Source: Octopus vulgaris
Lineage: Eukaryota
Assembly: GCA_951406725.2 (NCBI GenBank)
Contig: OX597818.1
Location: 36,146,001-36,210,000, forward strand
Reading direction: 5' to 3'
DNA length: 64,000 bases
Shown here: in pieces, positions 13,001 to 24,180 of the stretch
Position numbering within the stretch: the first letter of the stretch is position 1
Layout: each line of letters begins with the position of its first letter
The notes under the pieces: generated by a model
The model's input: the letters and a program-made list of their open reading frames with translations, nothing else
The model's database searches: none
What the model was told of the DNA's origin: nothing
Made by a program: the position numbers and the translations under genes

Positions 13001-13785
13001 GCTACCTGCGGGCGCGGCCGAATACGACCCTGACATCCGGCTGGTGCACTCCCATAGATGGGCGGCCCAGCCGGTGCAGGGGGCGTGTGCGGCGGCGTAC
13101 CGTGGGGAAGCAATAGGCAATAGTTGGATAAGTAGGCCGGGTAGGATTACGGAGGGGTGCTTCTTGAGTCTGCTCAAGATGCGCTCCAACGTATTTCCTA
13201 CCCGTGAAACTCTGACACGTGGTCTCCGTGGGGACTCCACGTGTCCGAGATGTAGGTTAGGAGCAGAGACTATCTCTCACGTCAGCGGAGTATGTGGTGC
13301 TCTTAAAGGGCCACGACTCGCCAGGCATAATAAAATATGTGACCTGGTGGCGAAGAAAGCTGTAGACCATGGTTGGAGTGTCAGTGTGGAGCCGTCTTAT
13401 ATTATAAGCGGCTTCAGGCCTGGTCTTTAGCCCTCCAGAAAAGGTGGTTGTCGTCGACGTGACTGTCGGATTGGAGCAGGGGGACGCCTTGAAAGAGGCT
13501 GCCCTCGAGAAAGTGCACAAATACCGACCGCTCGAGCAATTGCTTTTGCAGGAGTTCGACCGGCCGGTAGAGGTGCATGGACTCCCAATCGGTGCCTGGT
13601 GCCGACCTGCGAGTCAGGCACTGGACGCCTTGGGCATAAAAGATAAGTCATTTCGACGACTTCTTAGCCGGACGGCTCTTATTTGTACCTATAATATGCT
13701 GAGGGATTAGCCCTCAGTATAAGGTTAGTAACACCGGGTACATTGAGCTTAGGTATATAACAAAAATTGTACAAATAAAAGCAAG
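10033..13785 (+). mobile_element. R2 non-LTR retrotransposon (3 N-terminal zinc fingers, Myb, RT, CCHC, restriction-like endonuclease), near full length but inactivated
   Basis: CPLC..HLDSRH, CSKC..H...C, CDHC..HVRHKH fingers; WSDEE..GKTAKQV Myb; AGPDG, FLDLSKAFDTV, GVRQGD.LSP, YADN (mutated YADD); CPRC..SH...C; RHNKI, VVDVTV, K..KY; many stops/frameshifts; follows the 28S target upstream half. The 3' end may extend to ~14130. Confidence 0.92.
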
Positions 13786-14159
13786 TTTTCCTTCCGACTC
13801 CAACATAATACCCCCTCAGTGAAGTCTTCAGATTTTTTTTTTTTTAAGACTGAGAGGCTGGTTTGTTGGAGACCCTGCAGTATTTTTTTAAAATTTTATT
13901 TTTATATATTTTCTGCGAGGGGTAGCAAGGCTCTAAGGCCTTGTTTCGGTGGGGATGAGACATATAAAGATAATAAAAACCTTATTAAAAATAACACCGG
14001 ACTAGACTTCTAATAACCCTGCCTTAGGACTGTTTTAGTAAATTTTTTATCATTTTAAAATTTTCACTATTCTTTTTAAGGACAGAGGGTACTGGCTAAA
14101 ACAAAGTGGGACCGCCCACTCTAAATAAAAGGGAATTTTGATAGAAATATCACATAGAG

Positions 14160-15115
14160 AATATTGGTAATTTAGTATTAAATAATTTTTTATATGTAAA
14201 TTAATATTTCAGTATATTTATTTATACAATGAATGAGAGTTTTATATAGAAATTAGAAATTATAATTGTATAAATTTGTGCCAGCATCTGTGGTTATACC
14301 TATAATTAAAGTTAAAAGGTTTGGGTGAAAAGTAAAGTAAGATGTAGTTGTGATTGAAAGAAAATTTTATGGTTAGTTTTTTGGCAAAATTATTAGAATT
14401 GATATGGTTTTTTTCTGTTTTTCTTTATTATCTATACATTGAAATTTTAAAAATAAACAAGGAATACCCTATTATTTTTTAGTGTAAAAATTGATTTTTG
14501 TTTACCTAAGTATTATGAAAATGATTAAATAATTAATTATTAATTGTTGTTTAAAACTTAAAAGGTTTGGCGGTATTACATATCCAGTTAGGGGAGTTTG
14601 TTAATATAATTTGATAATCCACATTTTGAACTTACTTTTTTAAAATTATATATATATATATAAGTTCAGCAAAATTTAGATTCAGATGAATATGGTACTT
14701 AAGTTAAAGGCACCAGAATTTTGTATGATATTATCCATATAAATCAAATGGGGTGATTATAATCAAAATAAGCAACAACGATATCCAAGGTAGCGTAGTA
14801 CAATCGTTTCATGCTACTTCATTTTATTAAACACTGTAAGTATTACATCAGTTTTAAAACTTTAAAACTTTATAGTTGATATGTCAAGTCATAACGTAGC
14901 TAATAAAGAAGGTTTAATGGACTACAATAATTTATATTATTTATGTATCCGGATAATGAAAATTAAATTTTGTAAGTAAGGTGGACTTAATAGTAAACTT
15001 GATGATTAGTATGTGTAGTTGAATATGGTTTTGTAAAGTGTACATATCGCCTGTCACTCTTGTTGTTTAAATAAGATAAGTCGTAACATAGTAGAAGTAA
15101 TGGAAATTGTTTCTG
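14160..15115 (+). pseudogene. rrnS: NUMT: mitochondrial 12S rRNA (rrnS), interrupted by a ~190-bp insertion (~14650-14845)
   Basis: tgtgccagcatctgtggttatac, aaacttaaaaggtttggcggt, gtacatatcgcctgtcactct, taagtcgtaacatagta; very AT-rich. Confidence 0.88.
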
Positions 15116-15200
15116 GAATAATTTTAGAATATAGACAAAAATTAACACAATTATAATGTCTCACTTACGTATAAATTATTTTTGATTTAGATAAAATTTT
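15116..15200 (+). pseudogene. Probable decayed mitochondrial trnV region of the NUMT
   Basis: Position between 12S and 16S, contains cacttac; cloverleaf not recoverable by eye. Confidence 0.35.
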
Positions 15201-16062
15201 TAATTGTTTAAGGTAGTTGAGTTGATATTAATATAAATAAAAAAAATTTGGTTTTAAAGTAATGGGTATAGAAATAGTTTATTTATTTGTACTGAGAAGG
15301 AGAAATATAGTTTACGTATAGTAAAATTTAAATTTTGTACCTTTTGCATAATGGTTTGATAATATTATTTAATATATATGGTTTTCTCGAAATATGAAGA
15401 TATATTTACTTAATTATGTTTCTGTATTAGCCACACAGGGCTGCACACAGACGGGACAGGTTACAAAGTAGAGCTTTTTTGGGGGGGGAGAAAAAGGAAA
15501 AAAACGTTGGGTAGGTTTTCGATCAAAAGGGATCGTAAAAGGGAGAGAAAAAAACGATCAATAGGGATCAATAAGTATTGGGGGATAAGCTTCACGCATG
15601 TTTGTAAGAATATAGTTGGATGTTAAAATGATTGATTAAAGTTAAATTAATATTTTTTCTTTATTGTTATTTTTAATATATTTTTATGTTGTTGGAATTT
15701 CTTTATAATTATTAGATAAATTTCTTTGAATTATTTAAAGTGAAATATAATGTTAAAATGAGTATTATTGTGTAGTATATATTTATTAGTTTTATCTATT
15801 TTAAGTATGTTTAAATTTAAAGTTAATGATATAAATATACATGTTATTAAGTAAAATAAAAGAATTTGGCAAAAGTAAATTTCACCTGTTTATCAAAAAC
15901 ATGTCTCTGAGTTTTTTTAATAAAGAGTTGGGCCTGCTCGGTGATTAATATTTAACAGCTGCGGTATTATAACTGTACTAAGGTAGCATAATTGCTTTAT
16001 AAATTGGGGCTAGAATGAATGGTTTGACGAAAATTTAACTGTCTCTGTTTTATTTATTAGAA
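15200..16062 (+). pseudogene. rrnL: NUMT: 5' part of mitochondrial 16S rRNA (rrnL), interrupted by a LINE tail
   Basis: gtaccttttgcataatgg, cctgtttatcaaaaacat (16Sar site), aacagctgcggtattataactgtactaaggtagcataat, gctagaatgaatggtttgacg. Confidence 0.92.
15421..15575 (-). mobile_element. 3' tail of a second Tx1-like LINE family inserted in the NUMT
   Basis: tattagccacacaggg...acgggaca..ttacaaagtagag...tttcgatcaaaagggatcgtaaaa matches 34870-35010. Confidence 0.8.
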
Positions 16063-16500
16063 GACGTGCAGAAGTAGCGCGGGCAAACGGCGGGACTAAG
16101 TGAGACTCGGTCGTTGGGAGCGATCGAGAGCACGAGTGTGTGTGTCCGTGTGTTATTGATGAGGCGGTCGACGGCCGACGAGTTCTCAGTCGTCAGCAGC
16201 GATATCGAGCACGAGTGCACCAACGCCAAAGAATAAGAAGTTCCACGCGGTCAATCGGCGGGAGTAACTCTGACTCTCTGCCTGATGGAGTAGCAAGTAG
16301 TCGGTCATAAATAGCCGGTGGCCCCCGCCTTCACGCCGACGTCCGTTCCCTACTCGTCTATGCGCCGTGGCCACCAGCGGAAGGCAACCGCCAGTCGTCA
16401 ATGAACGAAAGCTCGCGGTCTCGCCCATATCAACGTGGACGTAGCCGCGACCAATACCGGCAGACTAGCGGCGGTCGCCAGGAGGCTGCCGCGCGATCTA
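16063..16500 (+). pseudogene. Second GC-rich 28S-like segment with two copies of the R2-target upstream motif
   Basis: gcgcgggcaaacggcggga (~16077) and cggcgggagtaactctgactctct (~16256-16279); shares cgatatcgagc.cgagt and tgtgtgtc.gtgtgtta blocks with 9684-9760. Confidence 0.75.
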
Positions 16501-16502
16501 TT

Positions 16503-16932
16503 AAGTCGATGTAATCGACTTAATCCTTTTGTCTGTCCTTGTTTGTCCTCTCTGTTTAGTCTCTTGTGGGTAGTAAATAAATAGGTATTTCGTCTGTCGC
16601 TACGTCCTGAGTTCAAATTCCGCCGAGGTCGACTTTGCCTTTCATCCTTTGGAGGTCGATTAAATAAGTACCAGTTACGCACTGGGGTAGATATAATCGA
16701 CTTAATCCGTTTGTCTGTCCTTGTTTGTCCTCTCTGTTTTTAGCCTCTTGTGGGTAGTAAAGAAATAGGTATTTCGTCTGTCGCTACGTTCTGAGTTCAA
16801 ATTCTGCCGAGGTTGATTTTTATCTGTCATCCTTTCGGGGGTCGATAAATTAAGTACCAGTTGCGAACTGAGGTCGATCTAATCGACTGCCCCTCCCCCA
16901 AAATTTTGCGCCTTGTGCCTAGAGTAGAAAAG
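16503..16932 (+). mobile_element. Tandem SINE family B units (~184-bp period)
   Basis: B-box-like gagttcaaattcc, central gtcgactttgcctttcatcctttcggggtcgataaa..agtaccag, LINE-like tail. Confidence 0.85.
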
Positions 16933-18224
16933 AATCTCCTGATTTTTGTTTGTCAAGAACTACGTTGCCGAACAATCTTTATTTCCTTAAGGCAGGAAGG
17001 TGCCATTTGAGCGTGATTTTTAACTGCTGTTTTTTTTTTTACAAGTCAAGCAATGACATAAAATATTCTTCTTTAGTTCATGGTATAGCTAGGTCTTGTG
17101 TTTGCTTATTTATTTTTAGCCCATGATATTTCCTCAAACTTTTTCGGTCGGCTGCCATATCATAGTGCAGTCCGACTGAAAATTTCCTGCTTTCTTTTTT
17201 CTTTTCTACTAGACTCTTGATATAAAAGGTAGATGTGTTATTTCTATTTATATATATATAACAACTTTTCATTTGATATTTACATAAGTCCAGAGTTTCA
17301 CGTAGGTCTAGAATATTTACTTTGTAAATAACTAAATTTTATTACAAGCAAATTTGAAATTTTGGATATATTCATATATTCTTATATTCTAGTTTCATAT
17401 CCCCTTGAAATTACTAGAATTCACAAAATTCTCTGCTTCAGTTTTACCGACACACACTATCATCAATTTCCTAGTGTTTTCATAGGTCAGTTAATGTACA
17501 ATTCTGTGCATTTACGTAGAGATTCCATCGTCATTACTTTTGGTAAATACTATGAAGGTTATACTTTACTAACGAGGACTAAAAACAACCGAAACGTAGC
17601 CGAAGGAAACACTAAGAGTCGATGAAAAAATATGAAAAGAATTATAGTAATTGAATAATTTTTTTTCTCATCTCAATTATACCTACAGAGTATTTTAATT
17701 CTGCTTGTATTCATCACAGGAGGTCCATAAATTATCTTTACAACTTTCACAGTTTATCGTCTAGATGTGCTGCGTGTATCCAGTGGAACCCACGTGGAAG
17801 TGTTCTGATATTTTAAATAAAACCTTATGTATTTGCCTACGTTTTCCAATAAACTCTGCTGAGTAAGCCTTATTTCTGTTGTTTTTTTTGTTTTTTTCAG
17901 AATTTTTCAAATCAATGTAGTTTTCTATATCGTCAGTTTACTTAACCACACAAAAATAATTTTTTATGGAGTTTAAAACTGGTTTTATTAACTGGTTTTA
18001 TTAACTGAATTACCTTAAAGATGGGACGATTTGGGTGCTCGTACTGCAGGTTTCCGCTCGCACTCCAAGACAAAAATTTGCACGAGTCTCGGTTCGTACA
18101 GTAAATTATCCATACAATAGTGCACTCATAATGCGAGGCTCTACTGTCTTTCATTAGTAATGGTCTTGGATAAGGTTCGCTGATGAAACCATATATGGAC
18201 TGGTCGCCAGTACTTAGCCAAACT

Positions 18225-18445
18225 ATATTGGTTTCAAATTCTGGCACAAGGGCAGAAATTTCGTTGGTGGGGCGGTTAAGTCAATTGCATCGACCCCAGT
18301 GCATCGCTGGTACATATTTTACCAACGCCGAAACGATGAAAGGCAAAGTCGACTTCGATTGAATTTGAGCCCAGGCAATAAAGATGGAGGAAATGCCATT
18401 TAGCATTTTGCCCGGCTTGCTTATGATTCTGGTAGCTCGCCACTT
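18225..18445 (-). mobile_element. SINE family B copy
   Basis: Reverse complement of central domain (gatgaaaggcaaagtcgac) and head. Confidence 0.75.
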
Positions 18446-18744
18446 AGCCAAAACATATGAAAATCATTTTAGTTTCTTTTTTTTTTTATTAATATTGACT
18501 TTTTCTCATTAGATAATTGTTTGTTGCTAGCTCTTAGGGGTTGGTGTATCAAATGTATCAAAGCTGTGGTTTGATTAGTTAGGTTAGCGTTATCATATTT
18601 AAAGTCGTAGTATAATAATGAGCTAAATCGAAATAGGCATATTTCTAGGTTTTTATATTAGGGATGAATTCATATATATATATATATTTGTGTGTGTGTG
18701 TGCGTAAACATATATATGTGAATTTAATTATATGTCAGTTCATA

Positions 18745-18805
18745 GAGTGACCAATGGTTTCGCATCCATAAAAGGCGTAGCTTCATAGACGACTCATCAG
18801 ATTCC
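18745..18805 (-). ncRNA. Type I hammerhead ribozyme motif (left arm of inverted pair)
   Basis: Minus strand ggaat-CTGATGA-gtcgtctatgaag..ttttatggatgc-GAAA-ccattgg-TC-actct. Confidence 0.7.
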
Positions 18806-19109
18806 AATGGCTGCAGGCATATAACCTCTCTTCAAACTGGATATAGATAACCATTATGGTCAGGCTCAGGCAGTGTATATTATTCGTTTCTTTACAAATT
18901 AACTAACTGTATCTCCAGTTTAAAGATAGGTTATATGTCTACGCTCATTAGAGTCTGACGAGCCGTCTATAAAGCTAACTGCTTTGTGGATGCAAAACCA
19001 TTGGTCATTCTTTGACCGGACATATATTTAAATGCTTGTAAGTGCATTACTGTTCTAACATTTAGAGTGTGCTTCTGTCTTGGATATATGATAAATGCCG
19101 ATATAATAA

Positions 19110-19151
<42 letters not shown>

Positions 19152-19444
19152 TTAACAATTAAGGATAATTTCTTAATAAGGAATCTTAAGAAATTATCAG
19201 GTAGTTAGCGTGAAAAACCTCATACCTGATAATTTCTTATTAAGATTCCTTATTAAGAAATTATCCTTAATTGTTAAATTTATTCCGAAATACTTTTTTT
19301 TTACCCGACATGCAGTTCGAAAAAGCCCGCCATTTACCGAATATATGATTTATAAACATTTCCATGTGCTTCGCCGGAGTGAATAGATATCTGTTCGTCT
19401 TCGCCAGGTAAAGTTGGTCGTTTATTTCTGATGTGTTCAGAATC

Positions 19445-19509
19445 AGTTCTGCTGATGATCATAGACGTAATTTATACGTTAAATGTGAAATCTCGGATGA
19501 TACAGAACT
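19445..19509 (+). ncRNA. Type I hammerhead ribozyme motif
   Basis: agttctg-CTGATGA-tcat..acgta/tacgt..atgt-GAAA-tc..ga-TA-cagaact; 7-bp stem I. Confidence 0.7.
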
Positions 19510-20034
19510 AAATTAATTTTTTAAATGTCTTGCTTTGAAAAACTGCATTAGGTATGATTAGTGTAATTTTGGTAGTAATGACTTATGTCCCTCTTAGTGT
19601 GAGGCATTTATGTGTAATAATGCCCTCTATATAATATATATATAAAATCTTTAAAAATATCTTTAAATTGCTTCAGCTTCAAAGCTGCGGTCATGCTGGG
19701 GCACTACCGTTGACTGTGCTACGCAATTATTTGAAACCTACTCTGATATGTGACATTCGGTGAATGTAAAGTAGCCCCCCCCCCCCCCCAGATGAGCCTA
19801 CCGTGAAGTAGGCTCATCTGGAACCCTTGAGAGGAGGAAATCCAGTTTTGTTTTAAAGACACTTATATCCATACCATGCAGGTCTCCCAGGCATTTTGGA
19901 AGGATATTGAAGAGCTGTGGGCCTTTGAAACCCAAGCTGTTGTACTATCTGGTCCTGTGTTTTAATGGAGGTACTGGGATCTTTGGCGCTATGCAGTAGC
20001 GCCCCGTTCTACTGTTTGTGTAACTTTCAATTTC

Positions 20035-20195
20035 GATCGTCTTTGCGTTTTGAGTTTTAGTTCTGTCGAGGTTTAATTTGGCTTTCATCCTTTCGTGGCC
20101 GATAAAATAAGTTGTAGTCGATCTCTGGTGTCGATGCAGTTGACTTATCCCCATCGCCCGATATTTCTGTCCTTGTGCCAGAATTTGAAACCAGT
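20035..20195 (+). mobile_element. SINE family B copy, degenerate
   Basis: ggctttcatcctttcgtggccgataaaataag central domain, ccttgtgccagaatttgaaacca tail. Confidence 0.65.
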
Positions 20196-20404
20196 TTATT
20201 GTCAGGTCGTAACCAATAGAAAGCCTTATGTGTATAGAACCAGTCACATTACCTTTAACCAGTATGTAATAATATCATAGAGTATTAATGTATTGCTTCT
20301 TGACGTGCTGATATATCTCGTGGCGTGATGCAGTACTAAATCTTCCCCAAAGTCCAACACCCCTAAGGGGAGACGAACAATTTTCAGTGAGTGGACATCT
20401 ACGA

Positions 20405-20790
20405 CAGGCGTAGGAATGGCTGCGTGGTAAGTAGCTTGCTTACAAACTACATGGTTCCGGGTTCAGTCCCACTGCGTGGCACCTTGGGCAAGTGTCTTCT
20501 AATATAGTCTCGGGCCAACCAAAGCCTTGTGAGTGGATTTGGTAGACGGAAACTGTCGTATATATGTATAATATATATGTATGTGTGCGTGTATATGTAT
20601 GTGTGTCTGTGTTTGTACCCGCCAACATCGCTTGACAACCGATGCTGGTGTGTTTATGTCCCCGTAACTTAGCGTTTCGGCAACATAGGCCGAGAGAATA
20701 AGAAGTCCTGGGGTCGACTTGCTCGACCAAAGGTGGTGCTCCAGCATGGCCACAGTCAAATGACTAAAACAAGTAAAAGAGTAAAAGAGA
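20405..20790 (+). mobile_element. SINE family A
   Basis: Full head-to-tail match to family, ends gtaaaagagtaaaagag. Confidence 0.9.
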
Positions 20791-20892
20791 GATATGCAAG
20801 TAGGCAAATTTACATAATTTTCTTTTGCATATGACATTAAACCAATTAATAGCACCAGTGCTATTGTTCCATTGCTTTAACTTTATAGCTTA

Positions 20893-21282
20893 CTAGCAGT
20901 ATCGCCCGGCGTTGCTTGGGTTTGTAAGGGAAATAACTATATAAGCATTTTTAGAGATGTAAAGTATAATAGCCATCTCAATATGGCTAACCACAAAGGT
21001 GTTACTGTAGCTTTTTACGTTCTGAGATTTAATAATAAATTTTTAGAGAGTTACTTCCCTTATATATGCCAAAACTGCATTAAAAATGGGAAAAAATTAT
21101 GGTAAATATTTTTTAAATCGTTGACTCATCGTAGACGCGCGCTAATACCCAGAAGGGCTCGATATGAATCACGACTATAAGATACCCGGTTTTGGTTAAA
21201 CTGCACCGCAAAATGTGGGAGTAATTAGGAATCTAAATCGTAGGAGACAGACAGCACCCAACCTCACTTTTATATATAAAGA
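20893..21282 (-). mobile_element. Non-autonomous Helitron
   Basis: Minus strand begins A|TCtttatatataaaa and ends with GC-rich hairpin-like ccc..gcaacgccggg followed by CTAG|T. Confidence 0.8.
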
Positions 21283-21559
21283 TATTATTTTTCATTCTAT
21301 ATTATCTAGATTTTTGGGGGTGGATTTTTTTTTATCTATACTACACCTAGTTCGTTCTTAATGTTTATCTATCTGCATTTAGAGTTTCAAAAAAAGTTGT
21401 TCATGTCATCCTTTCGTATAATATACGGTTGTCTTTCCATTTATATGTAAATTGATCACGAGACAAGTAATTGTATCCCTTTGTTGATTTTTTTCCGCGC
21501 ATGTTTTTGTGATGTCATCTTATAAATGGGTAGTTCTGTTCACTAAATATAATACATAA

Positions 21560-21900
21560 TATATATAATGTATATATATATATATGTGTGTGTGTGTATA
21601 TATATATATATATGTATGTATATATATATATGTGTGTGTGTGTGTGTATATATATATACAGTATATATATACAGTATATATATATGTATATATATGTATG
21701 TATATATATATGTGTGTATATATATATATACACACACAGTCTGTACATATGTATATATATGTGTGTATATATATATATATATACACACACAGTCTGTACA
21801 TATGTATATATAAAGTATATATATAATATATATGCATGTATATTATATTCATTATTATTTACTTTTTGTTATTATTATTATTATTGTTGTTGTTGTTGTG
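21560..21900. repeat. Compound TA/TG/TTA microsatellite
   Basis: Direct inspection. Confidence 0.95.
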
Positions 21901-22586
21901 GTTGGTAAATATGTAGGTATTGTTATGCCTGCATAAAGATTTAATATCTAAGTGTGTAAAATATTTCTATAGTGTTTGAATACCACCTTTGGTTGGGAAA
22001 GAGAGAGAGAGAGAGATGGAGGCTAATGCCTATGAACTCTGTTCGAATGTTTTATAATTCTTTTTCATTTGTGTTGGCCATATTTAGAAGTTCCGAAGCC
22101 AAATGTTTATCATTATCAGCGGCTACAAGATGAGTACAATTATGCACGGTATTTGCAATCATTGTAACATCCCATTGTATAAGTTTGTCTTTGTTTGCAT
22201 TACGTTTCCTGTCATATCCGCTCCGTCTGATGTCCTTGTGGCAAATAAAGGAATACTATATTGTCTGTCAGTTGGTGTGTGATCTTTTATATTCTATTCA
22301 TACATGATTGTTTTATTCAATGTTTGCTATTGGTGTCTTTTCGTCGGCATATTCATCTTTATTGTTATGTACGTATGCGTTCATATATTCACATATATAC
22401 ATACATATATATATACACACATACACACACATATATATATATATGTATATATATGCATATATATATATATATATACGTATGTATGTATATGAATATATAT
22501 ATCCATACACACACACACACGTATATATATAGATATATGTGTGTATATATATTCAAAAATGTATCTATCTATCTATCCCTCTATGT

Positions 22587-22668
<82 letters not shown>

Positions 22669-23017
22669 ATATATATATATATAAAAACAAAATGAATGTG
22701 TAAGAAATATATCTGAAAGAAGGTTTGAAAATGCAATTTTAAAAGATGTTTATTCACTTGACCGGTTTCACTTTTTTAGAAAAAGATTGTCAAAAGTAAA
22801 ATGTAAAAGCTTTGTAAAAGCTTTGTTGTGTTATGTACTGGTTGTCACAAAATATTACAATACATATATACATTCTTTGATAATAATAAAAAAATGTTAA
22901 AACAGTTTACAAGGAAAAATCTTGAGAAAACATTAAAAAGTTCATTGAAAATATTAGGATTTCATTAAAAATCATGTTTGTTTGGAAGTATCTATATATA
23001 TATATATATTATATATA

Positions 23018-23073
<56 letters not shown>

Positions 23074-23949
23074 TAAAACATATGCATATATATAAACATA
23101 TATGTACGTACCTACCTCTACATGTACATATACACGCATATATGAGTACAGGACACCAAAGGGACGTCGAACACAAAGAGAAACGAAAACATAGACACAA
23201 ACCAAAGGAACTGGACATTTTTTTAAAAACAACAAAAAATGGAGTACAGGACAATTAACACAACGAAAAAAACCCCTTCTTCAGTCGCTAAGGTTTCATC
23301 TACTCTACGTTTCGAAGGATAAAAGCGAGACGTATCTTCGACAAGAAACTTTACTTCCAGCGAAAAGCAAATCAATTAAAATTCTGAGATCTTTTCGCAG
23401 AGGGGTAAAAAATGGTAAAAAAATGGTAAAAAACAGGATAGTAACGACAGTACAAAAATATAAACAGTAAAAAAATAAACAGTAAAAAAATATAAACAGT
23501 AAAAAAATAACAGTGAAAGACAGGACAGGGAAAAACAAGATAAGAAGGGCTGTTGACGCCGAACGAATAAAGTATTGCAATACATACACAGAAAATTATA
23601 AGTTCAAAAAGGTCATATTTGGTGGTACATATATACACAGAAGGAGATATATTTAGGAGTGTACAAAGAATTTGAGGTGAACTGACCTGTTTTACCATTT
23701 TTTTCGCTTTCTGTGAAGCTAAAAGTCTGTTTACTAATTTAAGGGACATATAGTTGCATATCTAGACAAGCTCACACATATTTAAATGATAAACTAATGT
23801 AAAGTGTTATGTATGTATGTATGTATGTATATATGTATGTGTTTGAATGTAAGTATGTATGTATGCGTGTGTATATGCATGCATATATGTATACATGTTT
23901 GTACGTATATATGTATGTATGCGTGTAATTATGTATATTTGTAGATAGG

Positions 23950-24180
23950 TACTTAGTTAGTTAGGTAGGTAGGTAGGTAACTAGGTAGGTAGGTAACTAG
24001 GTAGGTAGGTAAGTAGATAGGTAGGTAGGAAGGTACAGCTACGTCTGGCTGAACTTGAGTTCTGGGGTAGAGAACGTAAGGTAGGTAGGTAGGTAGGTAG
24101 GTCGGTAGGTACAGCTACGTCTGGGGGAGAGAACGTAAGGTAGGTAGATAGGTAAGTAGGAAGGTAGGTAGGTAGGTAGG
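23950..24180. repeat. (AGGT)n-based repeat with duplicated gtacagctacgtctgg..gaacgtaagg unit
   Basis: Direct inspection. Confidence 0.85.

Noticed and set aside
14160-16062. Genuine mitochondrial contig
   Set aside because: Interrupted by nuclear repeat insertions and deletions in conserved motifs, so a NUMT
23270-23335. Possible permuted (type II) hammerhead on minus strand (GAAAcgTA...CTGAAGA)
   Set aside because: No credible stem I between the motifs
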